Assembly: GCA_016926955.1 (NCBI GenBank)
Contig: JAFGNN010000055.1
Coordinates: forward strand, 1 to 30,162
Origin: Spirochaetales bacterium
GTDB lineage: Bacteria > Spirochaetota > Spirochaetia > Treponematales > UBA12059
DNA length: 30,162 bases
Direction: 5' to 3'
The translations under genes were made by a program, and so were the position numbers. Of the stretch, positions 7,857 through 15,395 are shown in pieces. The notes below the pieces were generated by a model. It was given only the letters and a program-made list of their open reading frames with translations. It was not told the DNA's origin and searched no databases. Within the stretch, counting starts at the first letter, position 1. Each line of letters starts with the position of its first letter.

Positions 7857-8476
7857 GCGTCCCCCCATTCCGCGAGCGCCTGTCCGCGGAGCTTCGCGCG
7901 GGCGCGCGCGAGCTTGCTCTTCACCGTGCCTTCGCGGAGGCCGAACGCGCGCGCCAGGTCGCCGAGCGAGGCGCCTTCCGCGTCGCGCAGGTAGACGAGC
8001 GAGCGCTCAGGTTCCGGCAAGCCCGCCAGCAGCGCCGCGACGCGCTCGCTCGCCTCGCGCCGCTCGAGCGCGGCCGCGGGATCCCCGCCGGAACCGGGCG
8101 GCACCCCGACGCCGGGGGCAGATGCGTCCCCGGCGAAGCGCGCCGCGCGCGCGGCCATGGCGCCGCGCCTGGCGGCCTTCCGGAGCTCGTCGAGGGCCGC
8201 CCGCCGCGCCACCGCGGCCATGAAGGTGGCGACGGCGGAGTCGCCCCGGAAGCGAGCGAGCGCGCCCACGAGGCGGACGCAGGCTTCCTGGACGGCGTCG
8301 TCCACCAGGAGCGGATCCCGGCGGGCGGCCGCCCCGAGCGCGACGAAGGCCGCGCGGCGGAGCAGGCCTTCGTGCCGCCCGACGAGGCACGCGAACGCCC
8401 GGGCGTCGCGCCCCTCCGCCCAGGCGGCCGCGAGCGCGGCGTCGTCGGCTGCCGGATCCGCCGCTTCTTCGCGCAC
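7853..8476 (-). CDS. RNA polymerase ECF-type sigma-70 factor (207 aa).
   Basis: The region-2-like segment is DDAVQEACVRLVGALARFRGDSAVATFMAAVARRAALDELRK and the region-4 HTH is LPEPERSLVYLRDAEGASLGDLARAFGLREGTVKSKLARARAKLR. Its GTG start overlaps the upstream gene's stop (TAGTG). Confidence 0.85.
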   Translation of the reverse strand: MREEAADPAADDAALAAAWAEGRDARAFACLVGRHEGLLRRAAFVALGAAARRDPLLVDDAVQEACVRLVGALARFRGDSAVATFMAAVARRAALDELRKAARRGAMAARAARFAGDASAPGVGVPPGSGGDPAAALERREASERVAALLAGLPEPERSLVYLRDAEGASLGDLARAFGLREGTVKSKLARARAKLRGQALAEWGDA

Positions 8477-9021
8477 TACTGGATGAGCCTCAGCACACCG
8501 GCGAGCACCCTGAGCTTTTCCGCATCGCCCGCGCGCTCGGCGAGCTCGCGTAGGTCGCCCGCCTTCGAGATGGCCGCCATGCCCCGCGCCAGGCGGTTCA
8601 GGACGCCCCAGCGCTCGGTCCCGAGCAGGGCGCGGATGGCCAGGCCCCGCTCGATCTGTACCATGCGGATGCGGTACTCGGCCTCGAGGCTGGCGCGCAC
8701 GGTCTTCTCGACCGCGGCCCGGTCCGGCTCGTCCTCGAGAAGGAGCCGCGCCAGGCGGGCCTGCAGTTCCCGGATTTCCGCGCGCGCGCGCTCGAGCTCC
8801 CTGGCGCCCTTGCCCGAAAGCTCCGCGATACGCGCGGCCTCCTCGTCGGTGAGCGCGAGCAGGCGGAAATCGCGGCGCGCCTCGGCGATGCCGTAGCCCG
8901 GGTCCCGGTACTGCGCCGGCACGGCGGCGGGTCCCGGCCCCTGGGCCGCGAGCAGGGCCGGCGCCGCGAGCAACACGGCGGCGACCATCATTCCCTTCAT
9001 ATTCTTTCCGTTCACATTCAT
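8476..9021 (-). CDS. Periplasmic Spy/CpxP-like (LTXXQ-type) helical protein, first gene of the ECF operon (~181 aa).
   Basis: It has the signal peptide MNVNGKNMKGMMVAAVLLAAPALLAAQ. Helical repeats LTDEEAARIAELSGKGARELERARAEIRELQARL resemble LTXXQ periplasmic chaperone/sensor motifs. GGAGG sits 9 nt upstream of the ATG at 9021; the alternative ATG at 9030 has no spacer. Confidence 0.45.
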   Translation of the reverse strand: MNVNGKNMKGMMVAAVLLAAPALLAAQGPGPAAVPAQYRDPGYGIAEARRDFRLLALTDEEAARIAELSGKGARELERARAEIRELQARLARLLLEDEPDRAAVEKTVRASLEAEYRIRMVQIERGLAIRALLGTERWGVLNRLARGMAAISKAGDLRELAERAGDAEKLRVLAGVLRLIQ

Positions 9022-9139
9022 GCCGTTCATCCTCCGCCCATTGGTCGCCGCGGACGCGCCCCGGGTTCCCTCAAAAAGCGCATATCCCCCACGCATTGTA
9101 GCGCGACGGCGGCGCGTCTGGAAATTCACGGGCCACCTG

Positions 9140-9148
9140 TGCCATAAT
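9140..9148 (+). promoter_or_regulatory. Candidate extended -10 element (TGcCATAAT) for ileS. It is followed by a GC hairpin (9155-9178) in the ~45-nt leader.
   Basis: This was read directly and no clear -35 was found. No T-box consensus is present. Confidence 0.3.
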
Positions 9149-9200
9149 CGCCCGAAGCGCGCCCCGCCCGGGGCGCTGTCCCGCATCCGGAGGAAGCGCC

Positions 9201-12200
9201 GTGTTCAAGCCCGTGGATCCCAAAGTGAACTTCCCGCAGATGGAAGAGGCCCTCGTCGAATTCTGGGAGCGCGAGCGCATCTTCAAGCGGAGCATCGAGC
9301 AGCGCGAGGGCAAGGACGAGTTCGTCTTCTACGACGGCCCTCCCTTCGCCACGGGCCTGCCCCACTTCGGCCACTTCGTCCCCGGCACCATCAAGGACAT
9401 CGTCCCGCGCTACAAGGCCATGAAGGGCTACAAGGTCGAACGCCGCTTCGGCTGGGACTGCCACGGCCTCCCGGTCGAGTACGAGATGGAGAAGGAGCTC
9501 GGCATCTCCGGCAAGCGCCAGATCGAGGACTTCGGCGTCGCGAAGTTCAACGAGTCCTGCCGCTCCATCGTACTCCGCTACACCAAGGAGTGGCGGCGCA
9601 TCATGACCCGCGCCGGCCGCTGGGTCGATTTCGACAACGACTACAAGACCATGGACCCCGACTACATGGAGTCCATCTGGTGGGTGGTCAAGGCGCTGTG
9701 GGACAAGGGCCTCGTGTACGAGGGCCACTACATCCTGCCCTACTGCCCGCGCTGCTCGACCGTGCTCTCGAACCACGAGCTCCAGCTCGGCGGCTACCGC
9801 GACGTCCACGACCCCGCCATCACCGTGCGCTTCAAGGTGAAGGCCGCCCCCCCGAAATTCCCGCTCGCGGACCTGGCCGACGGGCACACCTACGTGCTGG
9901 CCTGGACCACCACGCCCTGGACCCTGCCCTCCAATCTCGGCCTGACCGTCGGACCCGACATCGACTACGTCCTGGTCAAGGACGGGACCGAGCGCTACCT
10001 CCTCGCGGAGTCGCGGCTCGGCGCGTACTACAAGGAAACCGACACGCTCGACTTCGCCTGGAAGGGCAAGGGCTCCGAGCTTTCGATGCTCGAGTACGAA
10101 CCCCTCTTCGACTTCTTCGCCGACGCGCGCGAACAGGGCGCCTTCCGCGTCCGGACCGGCGACTTCGTCACCACCGAGGACGGCACCGGCGTCGTGCACA
10201 CCGCGCCCGGCTTCGGCGAGGACGACTACCGCGCGCTCAAGGACACGGGCATCCCCGTCATCGCGCCGCTCGACGGCGAGTGCCAGTTCACCGACGAGGT
10301 GCCCGACTGGAAGGGCTTGTTCGTCAAGGACGCCGACAAGCCGATCATGGAAAAGCTCAAGGTCGAGGGCAAGCTCGTCAGGCGCGAGCAGATCCTCCAC
10401 GCCTACCCGCACTGCTGGCGCTGCGGCAGCCCCCTCATCTACCGCGCCATCTCGAGCTGGTTCGTCAAGATCGACCCCGTGAAACCCATGATGCTGGACG
10501 CGAACTCGCGCGTGCGCTGGACGCCCGAGCACATCCGCGACGGCCGCTTCGGCAAGTGGCTCGAGAACGCGCGCGACTGGGCCATCAGCCGCAACCGCTA
10601 CTGGGGCAATCCGCTGCCCATCTGGAAGTGCGACTCCTGCGCCGAGACCGTGTGCGTCGGCAGCCGCGACGAGCTCGAGAAGCGCTCCGGCACCCGCCCC
10701 GACGACCTCCACAAGCACTTCGTCGACGAGATCACCTGGAAATGCTCCTGCGGCGGGACCATGAAGCGCATTCCCGAGGTGCTGGACTGCTGGTTCGAGT
10801 CCGGGTCCATGCCCTACGCCCAGGTGCACTACCCCTTCGAGAACAAGAAGCACTTCGAGGAGCACTTCCCCTCCGACTTCATCTGCGAAGGCCTCGACCA
10901 GACCCGCGGCTGGTTCTACACCCTGACCATCCTGGCGGCGGCCCTCTTCGACCGGCCGGCCTTCAAGGCCTGCGTGGTCAACGGCCTCGTGCTGGCCTCC
11001 GACGGCAAGAAGATGTCGAAGAGCCTCCGCAACTACACCGACCCCATGGTCGTCATGAACGAGTTCGGCGCCGACGCGCTCAGGCTCTTCCTCATGCGCT
11101 CCGCCGTGACGCGGGCCGACGACCTCTGCTACTCCGACGAGGGCGTGCGCGAGGTGCTCAAGGGCATCATCCTGCCCGTCTGGAACGCGTACAGCTTCTT
11201 CGTCACCTACGCCAACATCGACAGGGCCGAGCCCGGCGAGGCGCCGACCGACGCCGCGAACCCGCTCGACCGCTGGATACTCTCCACCTGCGAAGCCATG
11301 GTCCAGGCGACCGGCGCGGCGCTCGAAGCCTACGACATGCAGGCCGCCATCGAGCCCATCGTCGACTACATCGACGCGCTCAACAACTGGTACATCCGCC
11401 GCTCGCGGCGCCGTTTCTGGCGTTCGGAGAACGACGGCGACAAGGCCGAGGCCTACGCCACCCTCTACCGCGTGCTCCGCCGCCTGGCCGAGACCGCGGC
11501 GCCCATCATGCCCTTCGTCAGCGAGGAGATCTGGCGCAACCTGCGCCGCCCCGACGAGGCCGAATCCGTCCACCTCCGCGACTACCCCGAGTACGACGCG
11601 CGCTACCGCGACGAGGCGCTCGAAGCCAAGATGGCCATCGCGCGCAAGGCGGTCGCCATGGGCCGCGCGCTCCGCGCCCAGTACGAGCTGAAGGCGCGCC
11701 AACCACTCGCGCGCGCGATCCTGGTCACCCGGGATGCCAAGGAGCGCGCGGTGCTCCGCGAGATGGAAGAGCTGCTCCGCGACGAGCTCAACGTCAAGGA
11801 GCTGGCGTTCCGCGAGAACGAGGAGGACCTCGTCTCGTACTCCGCGAAGGCCAACTTCCGCACGCTCGGCAAGGAGCTCGGCAAGGACATGAAGGAGGCG
11901 GCCGCCCTCATCGAGAAGCTCGACCACCGCGCCGCCGCCACCCTGGTCGAAGGCGGTCGGCTCGAACTCACGGTGGCCGGCCGTCCCGTCGAGCTCGACC
12001 TTTCCAAGGTCGAGATCCGGCGGCAGGAAAAGGAAGGGCTCCACGTCCTCAACGAGGGCACGCTGACCGTCGGCCTCGACGTCGAGATAACGCAGGAGCT
12101 GCTCGACGAGGGCTACGCGCGCGACCTGGTGCGCGGCCTCCAGAACCTGCGCAAGGAAGCCGGCCTCGAGGTTTCAGACCGCGTTCGTATCGGCCTCTTC

Positions 12201-12353
12201 GGCCCCGCCGCGCTCAAGGCCGCCTGGGAGCGCTTCGCCGACTACGTCGCCGGCGAGACCCTGGCCGTCGCCGTGGAATGGAAGGAAGCAAGCGGCATGA
12301 CGGAGATCGAAGCCGGCGAAATCGCCTGGCTCGCCGCCGTCGAAAAGGCCTGA
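9201..12353 (+). CDS. ileS: Isoleucine--tRNA ligase, type 2 (eukaryote-like bacterial form), 1050 aa.
   Basis: It has the HIGH motif PHFGHFVPG, the KMSKS motif KKMSKSLRNY, an editing domain and a type-2 C-terminal extension. The GTG start at 9201 has GGAGG at 9189-9193. Confidence 0.95.
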   Translation: MFKPVDPKVNFPQMEEALVEFWERERIFKRSIEQREGKDEFVFYDGPPFATGLPHFGHFVPGTIKDIVPRYKAMKGYKVERRFGWDCHGLPVEYEMEKELGISGKRQIEDFGVAKFNESCRSIVLRYTKEWRRIMTRAGRWVDFDNDYKTMDPDYMESIWWVVKALWDKGLVYEGHYILPYCPRCSTVLSNHELQLGGYRDVHDPAITVRFKVKAAPPKFPLADLADGHTYVLAWTTTPWTLPSNLGLTVGPDIDYVLVKDGTERYLLAESRLGAYYKETDTLDFAWKGKGSELSMLEYEPLFDFFADAREQGAFRVRTGDFVTTEDGTGVVHTAPGFGEDDYRALKDTGIPVIAPLDGECQFTDEVPDWKGLFVKDADKPIMEKLKVEGKLVRREQILHAYPHCWRCGSPLIYRAISSWFVKIDPVKPMMLDANSRVRWTPEHIRDGRFGKWLENARDWAISRNRYWGNPLPIWKCDSCAETVCVGSRDELEKRSGTRPDDLHKHFVDEITWKCSCGGTMKRIPEVLDCWFESGSMPYAQVHYPFENKKHFEEHFPSDFICEGLDQTRGWFYTLTILAAALFDRPAFKACVVNGLVLASDGKKMSKSLRNYTDPMVVMNEFGADALRLFLMRSAVTRADDLCYSDEGVREVLKGIILPVWNAYSFFVTYANIDRAEPGEAPTDAANPLDRWILSTCEAMVQATGAALEAYDMQAAIEPIVDYIDALNNWYIRRSRRRFWRSENDGDKAEAYATLYRVLRRLAETAAPIMPFVSEEIWRNLRRPDEAESVHLRDYPEYDARYRDEALEAKMAIARKAVAMGRALRAQYELKARQPLARAILVTRDAKERAVLREMEELLRDELNVKELAFRENEEDLVSYSAKANFRTLGKELGKDMKEAAALIEKLDHRAAATLVEGGRLELTVAGRPVELDLSKVEIRRQEKEGLHVLNEGTLTVGLDVEITQELLDEGYARDLVRGLQNLRKEAGLEVSDRVRIGLFGPAALKAAWERFADYVAGETLAVAVEWKEASGMTEIEAGEIAWLAAVEKA

Positions 12354-12364
12354 GAAGCAGGAAT

Positions 12365-12475
12365 CCAACGCCGAGACGCCGAGAACACCGAGACAAGAAT
12401 GAAAAAGGGGAAGGGTCATGACGACCCTTCCTTTTTTCTTCGTCCCGATCTCGGCGTCTCGGCGTCTCGGCGTTT
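12365..12475. repeat. Extended ~110-nt palindrome. A 28-bp inverted repeat (AACGCCGAGACGCCGAGA... / ...TCTCGGCGTCTCGGCGTT, with the CCGAGAC unit iterated) flanks the ileS terminator hairpin.
   Basis: The left arm is 12365-12393 and the right arm 12448-12475. The first 18 nt of the arms are perfectly complementary. Confidence 0.55.
12403..12440 (+). terminator. Rho-independent terminator of ileS. An A-tract precedes a GGGGAAGGGTC/GACCCTTCC stem with a TTTTTTCTT tail, so it is potentially bidirectional.
   Basis: It has a perfect 9-10 bp GC-rich stem, a 5-nt loop and a U-tract. Confidence 0.8.
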
Positions 12476-12500
12476 TCTTCTATTCTTTAACTCGTTCGGC

Positions 12501-12537
12501 CGCCATGGCGGCGGCAATTTTCTCTATAGTCTCCGCG
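12501..12537. repeat. 36-37-nt direct duplicate of the 3' end of the DtxR-like gene (CCATGGCGGCGGCAATTTTCTCTAT[A/G]GTCTCCGCG). The second copy at 12722-12757 encodes ...AETIEKIAAAME. The intervening ~180 nt carries four perfect GC hairpins.
   Basis: Direct comparison shows a 35/36 match. Copy 2 is in frame as the regulator's C-terminus, whereas copy 1 contains a stop in that frame. Confidence 0.6.
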
Positions 12538-12706
12538 CGAAGGCCCTCCGGGCCTTCGACGGCGCCGAAGCCCGCGAGGGGCTTCGTCGTCCATGACGCA
12601 CCCGTCCGCGTCGCGGACGGGCCATCCCGTGGGCGCGCTTCCGTGCGCGCCTGCCTCGTCGGCGGGCGGCGATCCCACGGAACCTCTCCGCGGAGACCGA
12701 CGCCAC

Positions 12707-13090
12707 TCAGCGGCGCCTGGCCTCCATGGCGGCGGCAATTTTCTCTATGGTCTCCGCGGAGAGGTAGTGCTCGATGCGGCAGGCGTCGCGCTCGGCGGTC
12801 TCGGGGCTGACGCCCAGGAAGTCGCGGAGGAAGCGGGTGAGCAGCTCGTGGCGCCTGCGGATCTCGGCGGCGTGGTCGAGGCCCGCGGGGGTAAGGGCGA
12901 CGTCGCCATAGGGCTCATGCACCACGAGGCCGCGGCGCTCGAGCTCATGCAGGGCCGTGTGCACCGAGGGCTTGGACACCGAGAGAACTCGCGCGATGTC
13001 GGTCACCCGCCCCTTCGCGCCCCGCTCCCGGATCGAGTCTATGGCCTCCAGGTACATCTCGAGGCTTTCGGATAGCCGCTCGTCCGCCAC
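12707..13090 (-). CDS. DtxR/MntR-family metal-dependent transcriptional regulator (127 aa; no C-terminal SH3-like domain).
   Basis: LSESLEMYLEAIDSIRERGAKGRVTDIARVLSVSKPSVHTALHELERRGLVVHEPYGDVALTPAGLDHAAEIRRRHELLTRFL is a DtxR-type wHTH plus metal-binding/dimerisation helix. The GTG start at 13090 has GGGAGG 7 nt upstream. Only the 3' 384 nt of the 504-aa track ORF is real. Confidence 0.8.
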   Translation of the reverse strand: MADERLSESLEMYLEAIDSIRERGAKGRVTDIARVLSVSKPSVHTALHELERRGLVVHEPYGDVALTPAGLDHAAEIRRRHELLTRFLRDFLGVSPETAERDACRIEHYLSAETIEKIAAAMEARRR

Positions 13091-13229
13091 GTCGCAAACC
13101 TCCCGCGCGTCCTGCTCGACGCCCACTCTACACCGCGGGCTCCGGCGCGTGAAGCGGTCGCGCGGCCGCCTGAAGTGCTCGCCATGCCCTTGATGCGCGC
13201 GAAGAACGATTTGACAGGAAATATCATAT

Positions 13230-13239
13230 AGGTAAACCT
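13230..13239. promoter_or_regulatory. Candidate metalloregulator operator: the palindrome AGGTaaACCT, embedded in an AT-rich region between duplicated TTGACAG boxes (13211, 13248). The putative cstA promoter is TTGACA 13248-13253, 17 nt, TACGCT 13271-13276.
   Basis: This was read directly. It resembles DtxR-box half-sites (TAGGT...ACCTA). Confidence 0.3.
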
Positions 13240-13315
13240 GAAATTCCTTGACAGCTTCCGAGGACCCCCCTACGCTACTTTCCATAGCAACCCCCAAAGT
13301 CCCCAAGGAGGTCCC

Positions 13316-15001
13316 ATGTCTACGGTCATAGCACTGATCGCGTTGGGCATCTACGTGGTGTTCTACTTCACCTACGGCAAGAACATCCAGGTCAAGCTGC
13401 TCAAGAGCCGCGAGGCGCCCAAGGCGCCGAGCGAGCGGCTCTCCGACGGCGTCGACTACGTGCCGACTTCGAAGTACGTGCTCTTCGGTCACCACTTCGC
13501 CTCGATCGCCGGCGCGGGCCCCATCACGGGACCGGCCATCGCGGTCGCCTGGGGCTGGCTGCCGGGCCTCCTCTGGATCTGGTTCGGAAACATCTTCATC
13601 GGCGCCATCCACGACTACCTGTCGCTGGCCGCCTCGATCCGCTACGACGGGCGCTCGGTGCAGTTCGTGGCGCAGGACCTGATCGGCAAGAAGGCCGGAA
13701 AGACCTTCAGCTGGTTCATCCTCTTCCTCTGCGTCCTGGTCGTGGCCGCCTTCGGCGACATCGTCGCCGGGCAGTTCGCCACCGACGGCCGCGTCTTCTT
13801 CTCCTTCGTCTTCTTCTGCGTCGCGGCCGTCATCTCCGGCTACTTCATGTACAAGACGAAGCTCGGCCTCGGCTGGGGCTCGCTCCTCGGCCTCGCCCTC
13901 GTCATCCTGGCCTTCTGGGGCGGCGACATGCTGCCGCTCAAGATGTCGAAGGACATCTACTTCGCCATCATCTTCGTCTACATCATGCTCGCGTCCACCC
14001 TGCCGGTTAACCTGCTCCTGCAGCCGCGCGACTACCTCTCGTCCTTCTTCCTCTACTTCGGCCTGCTCGCGGGCGGCATCGCGGCCCTGATCAGCATGGC
14101 CCCGCTCGAGTCCGTGCCGATCTACACGAGCTTCAGCGCCAAGGTCATAGCCGGCGTGCCCTCGCCCTTCTGGCCCACCGTACCGCTCATCATCGCGTGC
14201 GGCGCGCTCTCGGGCTTCCACTCCCTGGTGGCCTCGGGCACGAGCTCGAAGCAGATCAAGACCGAAAGCGACGCGCTTTTCGTCGGCTACGGCGGCATGC
14301 TCGTCGAGGGTTTCCTCTCGACCCTCGTCATCATCTCGATCGCGGGATTCGGCATCGCGGCCTTCGGCTCCCCCGACAAGGTCATGGGCGCCGCGGCGCT
14401 CAACCGCTTCGTCCAGTCCTTCGCGGCCATGGTCAGCACGCAGATTCCCTTCCTCAGCATGAACTTCATGACGCTGTTCGCCGCGGTCTGGGTTTCCACC
14501 TTCGCGCTGACCACCCTCGACACCACGAACCGCCTCGGCCGCTACGTGGTCCAGGAGATGGCCCTGCCGCTCAAGGACTCCAAGCCCGGCCTCTACAAGG
14601 CATTCAGCAACAAGTGGATCGCCTCGTTCGTCATCGCCTTCCTCGGCATCGGCCTGGCCTGGACCGGCAACTACACGGTGCTCTGGCCCGCGTTCTCTGG
14701 CGCCAACCAGCTCCTGGCCTCCATCGTCATGCTCACCGTGGCGGCCTGGGTGACCAAGAAGCTCAACCCGAAGTACTCGGCCATGGTCATGATCCCCGCG
14801 GTGCTGCTCTGGATCACGGTGACCGCCGCCCTCATCTGGTACGAGGCCGCGGTCATCCCCACCTTCTTCCGCGACATGGCGCTCACCAAGAACGTGATCA
14901 CCGGAACGGTTGTCGGCGCCATCACCGCCTTCATGCTGATCCTGAACTTCATCATGATCGCGAGCTTCCTCAAGAACTACAAAACCAAGGTCGCGGCCTG
15001 A
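13316..15001 (+). CDS. cstA: CstA-family (carbon starvation protein A-like) peptide/pyruvate transporter, 561 aa.
   Basis: The N-terminal region VDYVPTSKYVLFGHHFASIAGAGPITGPAIAVAWGWLPGLLWIWFGNIFIGAIHDY matches the CstA signature (PT.K.VLFGHHFA.IAGAGP). The protein is polytopic, and RBS AAGGAGG is at 13303-13309. Confidence 0.85.
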   Translation: MSTVIALIALGIYVVFYFTYGKNIQVKLLKSREAPKAPSERLSDGVDYVPTSKYVLFGHHFASIAGAGPITGPAIAVAWGWLPGLLWIWFGNIFIGAIHDYLSLAASIRYDGRSVQFVAQDLIGKKAGKTFSWFILFLCVLVVAAFGDIVAGQFATDGRVFFSFVFFCVAAVISGYFMYKTKLGLGWGSLLGLALVILAFWGGDMLPLKMSKDIYFAIIFVYIMLASTLPVNLLLQPRDYLSSFFLYFGLLAGGIAALISMAPLESVPIYTSFSAKVIAGVPSPFWPTVPLIIACGALSGFHSLVASGTSSKQIKTESDALFVGYGGMLVEGFLSTLVIISIAGFGIAAFGSPDKVMGAAALNRFVQSFAAMVSTQIPFLSMNFMTLFAAVWVSTFALTTLDTTNRLGRYVVQEMALPLKDSKPGLYKAFSNKWIASFVIAFLGIGLAWTGNYTVLWPAFSGANQLLASIVMLTVAAWVTKKLNPKYSAMVMIPAVLLWITVTAALIWYEAAVIPTFFRDMALTKNVITGTVVGAITAFMLILNFIMIASFLKNYKTKVAA

Positions 15002-15054
15002 GCCACGGCACGCCGCGACCGCCTTCCCGGCCGGTCGCGGCGACTCATGAAGGG

Positions 15055-15084
15055 GGCTTCCCGCGGGGAAGCCCCTTTCTCATC
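15055..15084 (+). terminator. Probable intrinsic terminator after cstA: GGGGCTTCCC-gcg-GGGAAGCCCC followed by TTTCTCAT.
   Basis: It has a 10-bp perfect stem, though the U-tract is short and interrupted. A second hairpin (CGCGACCG/CGGTCGCG) sits at 15013-15038. Confidence 0.5.
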
Positions 15085-15104
15085 CAGGGACGGGGGAGGC
15101 TCGC

Positions 15105-15389
15105 TTGAAACCAGGTGGATTTTTCCGTTTCCTCGGCAGGTTCTGGTCGGTCGTGGCGCAGGTCCACAGGGAGAAGGCGACGGGCATGCTGGAGTTCGAG
15201 CTCCGCGAGCTCGAGAATGCCTTCGCGCTGCTCGTGCTCGGCGGCTTCGCGGGACTGCCCTCGCCACCCTCCCCGATCGCGATGGAGCTGCTTCCCTACC
15301 TCGAGCGGGAGCTGACCGTGATGATGTCCCGCAGCGATCTCGCGCAGGACCCCCTGGGCGTCCTCGCCGGCATGCTGGAAATCGACTGA
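15105..15389 (+). CDS. Small hypothetical protein (94 aa from TTG 15105, or 67 aa from ATG 15186), first gene of the ArsA-like cluster.
   Basis: There is strong GC3 codon bias throughout. GGAGAAGG lies ~11 nt before the ATG at 15186. No family was recognised, and the stop is 6 nt before the next gene. Confidence 0.5.
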   Translation: MKPGGFFRFLGRFWSVVAQVHREKATGMLEFELRELENAFALLVLGGFAGLPSPPSPIAMELLPYLERELTVMMSRSDLAQDPLGVLAGMLEID

Positions 15390-15395
15390 GCGCTT

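Noticed and set aside
9031-9200. T-box riboswitch upstream of ileS.
   Set aside because: There is no T-box consensus (AGGGTGGNACCGCG-like), no specifier-loop architecture and no terminator/antiterminator U-tract. Only a single GC hairpin is present.
9126-12044. 972-aa minus-strand ORF antisense to ileS, and the 1133-aa +1 frame ORF at 9020..12421.
   Set aside because: Both overlap a gene with unambiguous IleRS motifs. They are Arg/Gly/Pro/Ala-rich with no domain motifs, which is the typical open-frame artefact of ~70% GC DNA.
12399-12596. 65-aa plus-strand ORF spanning the ileS terminator (MKKGKGHDDPSFFLRPDLG...).
   Set aside because: It starts inside the terminator stem and runs through the palindromic repeats. 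It has no RBS and no codon-bias support.
12441-12706. tRNA or other canonical RNA gene in the 267-nt ORF-free stretch.
   Set aside because: There is no T-loop (GTTCRANYC) or cloverleaf arrangement. The hairpins are perfect GC stems of 7-9 bp, which is not tRNA-like. The region is instead reported as a structured duplicate-containing region.
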